In this document: one piece after another, positions 16,385 to 23,228 of the stretch
Position numbering within the stretch: position 1 is the stretch's first letter
How the letters are laid out: each line of letters starts with the position of its first letter
From: Candidatus Velamenicoccus archaeovorus
Lineage (GTDB): Bacteria; Omnitrophota; Gorgyraeia; Velamenicoccales; Velamenicoccaceae
DNA: 32,000 nt
NCBI RefSeq assembly: GCF_004102945.1
Contig: NZ_CP019384.1
Coordinates: forward strand, 330,001-362,000
Direction of reading: 5' to 3'
Made by a program: the position numbers and the translations under genes
The notes under the pieces: generated by a model
What the model was told of the DNA's origin: nothing
The model's input: the letters and a program-made list of their open reading frames with translations, nothing else
Databases searched by the model: none

Positions 16385-16464
16385 GTAAACGGGTCAGCCG
16401 GTAAATGGGTTGACGGGTGAACCGGCTGACCGGCAAACGGACTGACCGGCTCACCCGCTAACAG
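16385..16464. repeat. Five degenerate tandem copies of a 16-nt unit (consensus about GYAAACGGGYTGACCG) in the rseP-ispG spacer
   Basis: Units: GTAAACGGGTCAGCCG, GTAAATGGGTTGACGG, GTGAACCGGCTGACCG, GCAAACGGACTGACCG, GCTCACCCGCTAACAG. Neighbouring units share 9-12 of 16 positions. GGTCAGCCGGT (16392-16402) is perfectly complementary to ACCGGCTGACC (16421-16431). Confidence 0.7.
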
Positions 16465-16470
16465 GCTATT

Positions 16471-17541
16471 ATGTTGAAGATCAAGAGAAGGAAAACGAAG
16501 ACGGTTAAGATCGGAAACGTCAGGATCGGCTCAGGGCATCCGATCGCCATCCAGTCCATGGTCAAAACCCGGGCGCGTGATATTGAAGCCTCTGTGCAGC
16601 AGATCCAGGAGTTGGAAGAGGCTGGTTGCGAGATCGTGCGCTTGGCTGTCGAAAACCTGCAGGATGCGGCAGCGCTTGAGAAGATCAGGCGCCGGGTGGA
16701 CATTCCTCTTGTGGCGGATATTCATTTTGATTACCGGCTTGCCCTGGCAGCCGTAGAAGCGGGCGCAGACAAGATTAGGCTGAATCCAGGAAACATCTTC
16801 AGGCTGCAAGAGGTCAGAGAAGTGGTCATGGCTGCTAAAAGGGCTCGCATTCCTGTGCGCATAGGCGCAAATTCAGGCTCTCTGCGTCAGCGTAGCCGCG
16901 ATACGGCCTCGGATCTGGTCAAGGGGGTCCTGGCCTATTTGAAAATTTTTGAAAAAGAAGGATTTTATGATCTTGTGATTTCTTTAAAAGGGTCACATGT
17001 GCTTGATACTATAGAGGCTTACAAAAAAATGGCCGTTGTCTGCGATTACCCTTTGCATCTGGGGGTGACGGCAACAGGTCTGCCCCTGGATGGTATCGTC
17101 AAGTCCAGCGTAGGGATCGGAGAGTTGTTATTTTGCGGCATTGGTGATACAATAAGGGTATCTTTACTCGACCGGCCCCGAAACGAGGTCGCAGTCGCCA
17201 GATCCCTGCTTAATAGCTTAGGGTTACGACATTTTGGCCCGGAGCTGGTGTGTTGTCCTACATGCGGCCGGTGCGAGGTCGATTTGTCTTCAAAAGCCAA
17301 GCGTATTGAAGAGTGGCTTTCGAAGCGCGCTTTTCACGGCAAGGGGCGCAGCCGTTCCTATAAGATAGCCGTGATGGGATGTATTGTTAACGGCCCCGGA
17401 GAGGCGCGGGAGGCAGACATCGGGATTGCCTTTTCCAAGCATAAGGGGATCTTGTTCAAGAAAGGCCGGATCGTCCAGACTGTTGAGCTTAAAAAAGGGG
17501 AAGAGGCCCTCTTGGAGCTCCTGGAAGGAGAAATAGGATGA
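16471..17541 (+). CDS. ispG: 4-hydroxy-3-methylbut-2-en-1-yl diphosphate synthase
   Basis: Shows IGSGHPIAIQSMVKT, RLNPGN, CPTCGRC and MGCIVNGPGEA. Confidence 0.95.
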   Translation: MLKIKRRKTKTVKIGNVRIGSGHPIAIQSMVKTRARDIEASVQQIQELEEAGCEIVRLAVENLQDAAALEKIRRRVDIPLVADIHFDYRLALAAVEAGADKIRLNPGNIFRLQEVREVVMAAKRARIPVRIGANSGSLRQRSRDTASDLVKGVLAYLKIFEKEGFYDLVISLKGSHVLDTIEAYKKMAVVCDYPLHLGVTATGLPLDGIVKSSVGIGELLFCGIGDTIRVSLLDRPRNEVAVARSLLNSLGLRHFGPELVCCPTCGRCEVDLSSKAKRIEEWLSKRAFHGKGRSRSYKIAVMGCIVNGPGEAREADIGIAFSKHKGILFKKGRIVQTVELKKGEEALLELLEGEIG

Positions 17542-18806
17542 AGGATTTGAGAGAGATCAAGGAGAAGATCCGTCAGCATCTGATCAGCGGCGAATATCTT
17601 TTTAATATGAGAACCATGGACAAGGAAAAGCTCAGGAAAGATATCCTTCGGTCCATGGAGTATATTATTTCCGTCGAGCGCCTGAACGTGGCGCTGGAAG
17701 AGCGCGAGAAGATCGTCTCCGAGCTGATCGATGAGGTCGCCGGCTTCGGTCCTTTGAGCAACTTATTGAATGACGCTTTTGTTTCCGAGATCATGGTCAA
17801 CGGTCCGGACAACGTCTATGCCGAGAAGAACGGCATGATGGCTTTGACGGACATCAAATTCGAGAACAACCGCCAACTCCTGCAGACGATCGAAAAGATC
17901 ATGGCGCCGACGCAGCGTCGTGTCGATGAGTCCAGCCCTTATGTGGATGCTTCTCTTCCTGACGGCTCCAGGGTCAATATCGTCCTGCCTCCTTTGTCTC
18001 TGGTGGGGCCGGTGATCACCATACGCAAATTTTCCAGGGATATTGCCACGATGGAAGACCTGATCAAGCGCGATACCCTGACGGACAAGATGGCCAGGTT
18101 TCTCATCGCGGCGATCCGGGCCAAGCTCAACATCATCTTTGCCGGCGCGACAGGTGTCGGCAAGACGACGACGCTCAACGTCCTTTCGCATTATATCGAT
18201 GAGTCCGAGAGGATCATCACCATCGAGGATACGAACGAATTACGGCTTAAACAGAAACATGTCGTCCCCATGGAGGCCCGTCAGGCCAATGTCGAAGGCA
18301 AGGGGGAGGTGACGATCCGCGATCTCTTTAAGAACTCCCTGCGCATGCGGCCCGACCGTATCATCCTGGGCGAGATCCGCGGCAGCGAAGCCCTGGACAT
18401 GCTCCAGGCAATCTCGTCGGGCCACGACGGGGCGTTGGCGGTCTTGCACGCCAGCTCTCCTTCTGATGTGGTCTCGCGTATCGAGACGATGATCATTACG
18501 TCCAATACGGCGATCCCCTTGTGGGCCATCCGGCAGCAGCTGTCGAATGCCATCGATATCATTGTTATGCAGGAACAACTCTTGGACGGCCGCCGCAAGG
18601 TCACACATATCACGGAGGTCCAGGGTGTGCAGAATGACGAGGTCGTGCTCAAGGATTTATTTTCCTATGAAATCACGGGAATTTCCGAAGAAAATAAACA
18701 GGTGATGGGGCAATGGAAGGTCTGGGGCACCGTGCCTTCGTTCTATCCGCGCTTTAAGCTGCGCGGGCTGGATGTGCCGCAGGACCTTTTTCAAGCCGAA
18801 GGATAA
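17538..18806 (+). CDS. cpaF: CpaF/TadA-family type II/IV secretion ATPase, paralog 1
   Basis: Shows GFGPLSNLL...IMVNGP, Walker A GATGVGKTT, Asp box ERIITIEDTNEL, Walker B RMRPDRIILGEIRG and His box SGHDGALAVLHASS. The ATG overlaps the ispG stop (ATGA at 17538-17541), with RBS GGAAGGAG. Confidence 0.88.
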   Translation: MKDLREIKEKIRQHLISGEYLFNMRTMDKEKLRKDILRSMEYIISVERLNVALEEREKIVSELIDEVAGFGPLSNLLNDAFVSEIMVNGPDNVYAEKNGMMALTDIKFENNRQLLQTIEKIMAPTQRRVDESSPYVDASLPDGSRVNIVLPPLSLVGPVITIRKFSRDIATMEDLIKRDTLTDKMARFLIAAIRAKLNIIFAGATGVGKTTTLNVLSHYIDESERIITIEDTNELRLKQKHVVPMEARQANVEGKGEVTIRDLFKNSLRMRPDRIILGEIRGSEALDMLQAISSGHDGALAVLHASSPSDVVSRIETMIITSNTAIPLWAIRQQLSNAIDIIVMQEQLLDGRRKVTHITEVQGVQNDEVVLKDLFSYEITGISEENKQVMGQWKVWGTVPSFYPRFKLRGLDVPQDLFQAEG

Positions 18807-18814
18807 AAAAGAGA

Positions 18815-18849
18815 AATAACCAAACAAATACATTCGATGATTGGTTATT
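18815..18849 (+). repeat. Hairpin built from the AATAACCAA word and its complement
   Basis: AATAACCAA (18815-18823) is separated by a 17-nt loop from TTGGTTATT (18841-18849). Further TGGTTA copies start at 18875 and 18881. GTGATTTGG (18868-18876) is identical to 309-317. Confidence 0.6.
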
Positions 18850-18919
18850 GAGAATTGTTCGTATCCTGTGATTTGGTTACTGGTTATCTATCGGGTCGTC
18901 AAACAACAAGCTTATACTC

Positions 18920-20167
18920 ATGTTTTGGAGCCGATCGTTTATTACGACATTAAAGGAAGCGCCTGAAGCTGCCGAGAGCATCAGCCACAAGCTCATGCTG
19001 CGTTCGGGGATGGTGAGGATGCTCATCTCCGGCGTATATTCCTATCTGCCCCTGGGGTATCGTGTCCTGGCGCGGATCGAGAATATCGTGCGCCAGGAGA
19101 TGAATAAGACAGGCGCCCAGGAATTGCTCCTGCCGAGTCTGCAGTCGATCGAGCTCTGGCAGAAGACAGGGCGCGACGAGTTGATGGGCGAGACGATGAT
19201 CCGTTTCCAGGACCGCCGCGGCCGCAAGCTGTGTCTGGGGCCGACGCACGAAGAGGTCATCACGGAATTGGCTGCGGCCTACGTTAAATCGTGGAGGGAT
19301 CTGCCGTTTACGCTCTACCAGATCCAGACGAAATTCAGGGACGAATTGAGGCCGAGGTTCGGCGTCGTGCGTTCCTGCGAGTTCATCATGAAGGACGCTT
19401 ACAGCTTTGACAGGGACTTCGAGGGTTTGAATCAGATTTATGAAAAGATGCGTCAGGCGTATGAGGCGATCTTCAAAAGGTGCGGCCTCGGTTTTGTTTC
19501 GATCAAGGCGGATTCCGGCGTGATCGGAGGCGACTTGTCCCATGAGTTCCTGGTGCCTGCGGAAAGCGGTGAAGATGTCGTCTACCGCTGCAAGATCTGC
19601 GGGATGGTGATGGGCGCACATGAAGCCGCAATCAATGAGTGTCCGCATTGCCACAAGGACATGGAGAAGCTCAATGCGCTTGAGGTCGGTCATATTTTTA
19701 AGCTGGGTGATAAGTATTCCAAGAGTCTCGGCGTCAAATTCCTCGATGAGGCGGGGCACCAGCAGATCGTCCAGATGGGGTGTTACGGCATCGGTGTCAG
19801 CCGGTTGATTGCTGCCGTTATCGAACAGAACCACGACGGCAACGGGATCATTTGGCCCAAAGAGGTTGCGCCGTTTGACGTTCTTATCGTTCCGGTCAAC
19901 GTCAGCGACAAACTTATCTGGGATGAGGCGGTCAGGCTCCATGACGAGCTGGGCCGCCAGGGGCTCGAGGTGCTCTTGGACGACAGGGATGAGCGCGCCG
20001 GGGTCAAGTTCAAAGATGCGGACTTGACGGGTATTCCCTGGCGGATCACCGTGGGCAGCAGATGGACCAAAGAGGGAAAGCTCGAGTTCAAAAACAGGCG
20101 GACCGGGACCGTCACCGAGGCCGCGGGCGGGGATCCGGCCGCATACCTGGACCTGGTGAGAGGATAA
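18920..20167 (+). CDS. proS: Prolyl-tRNA synthetase, bacterial type but lacking the INS editing domain
   Basis: The N-terminus FITTLKEAPEAAESISHKLMLRSGM aligns with bacterial ProRS. Motif 2 is FRDELRPRFGVVRSCEFIMKDAYSF and motif 3 is GCYGIGVSRL. At 415 aa it is far shorter than the roughly 570 aa of INS-containing enzymes. Confidence 0.92.
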   Translation: MFWSRSFITTLKEAPEAAESISHKLMLRSGMVRMLISGVYSYLPLGYRVLARIENIVRQEMNKTGAQELLLPSLQSIELWQKTGRDELMGETMIRFQDRRGRKLCLGPTHEEVITELAAAYVKSWRDLPFTLYQIQTKFRDELRPRFGVVRSCEFIMKDAYSFDRDFEGLNQIYEKMRQAYEAIFKRCGLGFVSIKADSGVIGGDLSHEFLVPAESGEDVVYRCKICGMVMGAHEAAINECPHCHKDMEKLNALEVGHIFKLGDKYSKSLGVKFLDEAGHQQIVQMGCYGIGVSRLIAAVIEQNHDGNGIIWPKEVAPFDVLIVPVNVSDKLIWDEAVRLHDELGRQGLEVLLDDRDERAGVKFKDADLTGIPWRITVGSRWTKEGKLEFKNRRTGTVTEAAGGDPAAYLDLVRG

Positions 20168-20168
20168 T

Positions 20169-21434
20169 ATGGAAAAATACGAAAAGCTGCTGATGATCAA
20201 GTCCGAGGTCAGGGAAAAAGTCATGCAGCGCGCCAAAAAAACGGCCTTTGATTATCGAGTCGACGAAACGGTTGTGCGGCGTCAGATCGAGATGGTCCTC
20301 GAATCGGTCGTGCAGAGCAAGATGGACGGCCAGATTGAGGATGCCTTGAGGCGTTATATCGTCGAAGAGGTCATCAATGAAATTTTCGGTTTCGGGCCCA
20401 TCGACCGTCTGATCACGGACCCGGCGGTCTGGGAGATCATGGTCAACGGTCCCAAAGAGGTCTATGTGGAGCGCGAGGGCAAGCTCCAGAAAGCGGATGT
20501 TTTTTTCGAGAACGAGGCCCAGCTTTTTTTCTATATCGAGCGCATCCTTTCTCCGTCGGGCCGGCGGGTTTCCGAGGTTGAGCCCTACATCGATGCGCGC
20601 CTGCCGGACGGCTCGCGCATCAATGTTGTGAGGGCGCCGGTGGCGCCCTACGGGCCGATCCTGACGATCCGCAAGGCCAATCGCAGGATCCTGGGGCTGA
20701 GCGATTTGATCACGCGCCGCACGCTGGACGACAAGGCCGCGCGGTTCTTGAAATCATGTGTCAAGAACCATCTCAACATCATCATTGCCGGCGGTCCGGG
20801 CTCTGGAAAGACGACGATCCTGAACCTCTTGTCCGTCTATATCCAGGAGCATGAGCGTGTGATCACGATCGAGGATACGCTGGAACTGCGCATGGAGGGC
20901 AAGCATCGCGTGGCGATGGAGACGCGCCCTTCCAATATCGAAGGCAAGGGGGAGATCACGATCCGCGATCTCGTCCGCAATGCCTTGCATATGCGTCCGG
21001 ACCGCGTCATCATCGGAGAGGTCCGCGGGGAAGAGGCCCTGGATATGCTGCAGGTCATGAATATCGGCCGCGTCGGGTCTATGACGACGATGCATGCGAA
21101 CAGCGGTCTCGACGCGCTCCTGCGTCTGGAGACCATGGCCATGATGGGCAGCGTCAACGTCTCGGCCCAGATGATCCGGCGCCAGATCATTTCCGCGGTT
21201 GACCTGGTCATCATTGCCGACAGACTGTCGGACGGCTCGCGCAAGATCATGGCGATCTCGGAAATTTCCAAAGGGGAGACGTCGGATTACGTTTTAAAGG
21301 ATATTTTTGCCGCGCAGAGACGGCATGAGAATGACCAGGTTACCTTTGAGCTTAAACCCACAGGATACATTCCGGTATTCTTGGAAAGATTCCTGGATGG
21401 CGACACCGTCAAGGAAGACCTGAAGGCCGCGTGA
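20169..21434 (+). CDS. cpaF: CpaF/TadA-family type II/IV secretion ATPase, paralog 2 (variant His box)
   Basis: Shows GFGPIDRLI...IMVNGP, Walker A GGPGSGKTT, ERVITIEDTLEL and HMRPDRVIIGEVRG. The His box reads IGRVGSMTTMHANS. The gene starts 1 nt after the proS stop, and its stop overlaps the rimP start. Confidence 0.88.
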   Translation: MEKYEKLLMIKSEVREKVMQRAKKTAFDYRVDETVVRRQIEMVLESVVQSKMDGQIEDALRRYIVEEVINEIFGFGPIDRLITDPAVWEIMVNGPKEVYVEREGKLQKADVFFENEAQLFFYIERILSPSGRRVSEVEPYIDARLPDGSRINVVRAPVAPYGPILTIRKANRRILGLSDLITRRTLDDKAARFLKSCVKNHLNIIIAGGPGSGKTTILNLLSVYIQEHERVITIEDTLELRMEGKHRVAMETRPSNIEGKGEITIRDLVRNALHMRPDRVIIGEVRGEEALDMLQVMNIGRVGSMTTMHANSGLDALLRLETMAMMGSVNVSAQMIRRQIISAVDLVIIADRLSDGSRKIMAISEISKGETSDYVLKDIFAAQRRHENDQVTFELKPTGYIPVFLERFLDGDTVKEDLKAA

Positions 21435-21928
21435 TGAGCCGCGAGATATTGCTGAGGATAAAGCCCGTTTTTGAGGAGCATTTGGAGGGCGCAGGTTATG
21501 TCTTGGTGGACATGCGCTTCTACCGGAGGCAGGGCGGCCAGGCGGTGCTCGAAGTCCTTGTCGACAGGGATGAAGGTGGTATTTCGCTTGATGAATGCAG
21601 TACCCTCAACAGGGAGCTCGGCGATATCTTGGAGAGGGAAGGGTTTTTGAGCCAGGCGTATGTGTTGGATATTTCGAGTCCAGGCCTGGACAGGCCGTTG
21701 GCGACCGCCGGAGATTTTCGCAGGGCCATGGGGCGGCAGGTGAGGTTTTTTCTCAAAGATTTTGTTGAAGGAAAGCTTGAGCATTGCGGTACGGTGGAAA
21801 ACATATCCGATGGCACCGTGACGATCAGGGTAACGGATAAAAACGGAGACAGGGTGATCCAGGTCTCCTTGGCAAACATTAACAAAGCAAGGCAGGCCGT
21901 TGGTTCGGCAAATAAGCGGGACCGTTAA
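21434..21928 (+). CDS. rimP: Ribosome maturation factor RimP
   Basis: Shows LEVLVDRDEGGISLDECSTLNRELGDILE and YVLDISSPGLDRPL. ATG 21434 overlaps the preceding TGA. GTG 21431 is an alternative start. Confidence 0.85.
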   Translation: MSREILLRIKPVFEEHLEGAGYVLVDMRFYRRQGGQAVLEVLVDRDEGGISLDECSTLNRELGDILEREGFLSQAYVLDISSPGLDRPLATAGDFRRAMGRQVRFFLKDFVEGKLEHCGTVENISDGTVTIRVTDKNGDRVIQVSLANINKARQAVGSANKRDR

Positions 21929-21965
21929 ACGGGGTCCCGAGATGGTGAGCGGCCCGGTGGCGCGC

Positions 21966-22015
21966 GCCTGTCTCAGCCTGTCCCGCCTTCGGCAGGGCAA
22001 GGCCAGACAGGCAGG
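21966..22015 (+). promoter_or_regulatory. Compound GC-rich hairpin between rimP and nusA (candidate attenuator or terminator)
   Basis: GCCTGTCT (21966-21973) pairs with AGACAGGC (22005-22012) and encloses an imperfect inner hairpin around CCTTCGG. CAGGCAGG is at 22008-22015 and GTTTTG lies downstream. Confidence 0.45.
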
Positions 22016-22058
22016 CGTCCAAGCCAAAGCCGAGGTTTTGAGAAAAATAGGAGCTTTT

Positions 22059-23228
22059 ATGAGCAGTGAATTATTGGCAATCTTAGATCATATCGAACGT
22101 GAGAGAGGTGTTAGCCGCGAGGTGTTGATCCAGGCGGTAGAATCCGCCATGGTCAGTGCCGTCAAGAAGGCGATCGGCGCCAAAAATCTGGAAAATATCC
22201 GGGTCACCATTGACAGGACGGATGGCAAGATCAAGGCCTTCATGGACGATCAGGAGATCAAGGCCGTCGATTTCGGGCGCATCGCGGCGCAGACCGCCAA
22301 GCAGGTGATCATTCAGAAGATCCGTGAGGCGGAAAAAGACGTCATCTTCAACGAGTTCAGCGCCAAGATCGGCGATATCGTCAGCGGCACCGTCTACCGG
22401 TTCGACAAGGGCAATATCGTCGTGGACCTTCTGGGCAAGGCCGAGGGGATCTTGCCCAAACGCGAACAGTCGCCTCGCGACGATTTCCGCCAGGGCCAGA
22501 GGGTCCGCGCCTATGTCCTGGAAGTCAAGAAAGAGACAAAGGGGCCGCAGATCATTCTGTCGCGCACGAGCCCTTTTTTCGTCAAGAAGCTCTTTGAGCT
22601 GGAGGTCCCGGAGATCTTCGAGGGGATCGTCGAGGTTAAGTCGATCTCGCGCGAGGCGGGAGAGCGGACCAAGATCGCCGTCTGGTCGAAGGACGAGAAG
22701 GTGGATTGTGTGGGCGCCTGCGTGGGCATGCGCGGTTCGCGCGTCAAGGATATCGTGACGGAGCTTCAGGGCGAGAAGATCGACATCATCCGGTGGAGCG
22801 ACGACTTGCGTGAATACATCACCGCGTCCCTGTCGCCGGCCAAGATTACCGAAATACGCCTCGACAAGAAAGAAGAAAAGGCCCAGGTGATTGTGCCCGA
22901 CGATCAGCTTTCCCTTGCCATCGGCAAGCATGGTCAGAATGTGCGGCTGGCATCGAAGCTGACAGGTTGGGAGCTGGATATCCGCACGCGCCAGGAGATC
23001 GTCCAGGAGAAAGAGGAGGCCAAAAAGGCCCGCGCCCAGATGACGCTTGACGGCGTCGGCGAAAAGGTCCTGGATTCCTTGATCGAGGCGGGTTTTGATT
23101 CCCTGGAAAAGATCAAGGATGCATCGATTGACCAGTTGACGCAGATCAAGGGCATCGGCGCCAAGAAGGCCGAGAAGATCATCGAAGCCGCAAAAGAAAG
23201 GTTGTCTCAAGACAATGAGAGTGTATGA
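22059..23228 (+). CDS. nusA: Transcription termination/antitermination factor NusA
   Basis: ATG 22059 with TAGGAG upstream. The N-terminus is ELLAILDHIERERGVSREVLIQAVESAM. S1 and KH regions are present (GDIVSGTV..., LAIGKHGQNVRLASKLTGW), with a C-terminal HhH. The 21900 start in the ORF track would add 53 aa of spacer-derived sequence. Confidence 0.93.
   Translation: MSSELLAILDHIERERGVSREVLIQAVESAMVSAVKKAIGAKNLENIRVTIDRTDGKIKAFMDDQEIKAVDFGRIAAQTAKQVIIQKIREAEKDVIFNEFSAKIGDIVSGTVYRFDKGNIVVDLLGKAEGILPKREQSPRDDFRQGQRVRAYVLEVKKETKGPQIILSRTSPFFVKKLFELEVPEIFEGIVEVKSISREAGERTKIAVWSKDEKVDCVGACVGMRGSRVKDIVTELQGEKIDIIRWSDDLREYITASLSPAKITEIRLDKKEEKAQVIVPDDQLSLAIGKHGQNVRLASKLTGWELDIRTRQEIVQEKEEAKKARAQMTLDGVGEKVLDSLIEAGFDSLEKIKDASIDQLTQIKGIGAKKAEKIIEAAKERLSQDNESV

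Noticed and set aside
16385-16464. Whether the 16-nt tandem array could be a CRISPR array
   Set aside because: The units are contiguous with no spacers, far shorter than CRISPR repeats, and degenerate. No cas genes are present in the window.
18913-18922. TATACT immediately upstream of the proS ATG as a -10 box for a leaderless mRNA
   Set aside because: Only 1 nt separates it from the ATG. A transcript starting about 7 nt downstream of the -10 box would begin after the start codon.
18950-20236. A 428-aa ORF on the minus strand, exactly antisense to proS
   Set aside because: proS on the + strand has unambiguous motifs. The antisense product is rich in R, A, G, D, L and H with low complexity, which is typical of frame-shadow ORFs in GC-biased coding DNA. 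It has no RBS and no recognisable motif.
21900-22058. A 53-aa N-terminal extension of nusA in the ORF track. The similar extensions 5030-5080 (HMGL gene), 10582-10614 (GH57 gene) and 28604-28717 (lipoprotein ORF) were rejected for the same reasons.
   Set aside because: The extensions overlap upstream genes or structured spacers and lack an SD. Internal ATG or GTG codons with an SD coincide with the conserved protein N-termini.
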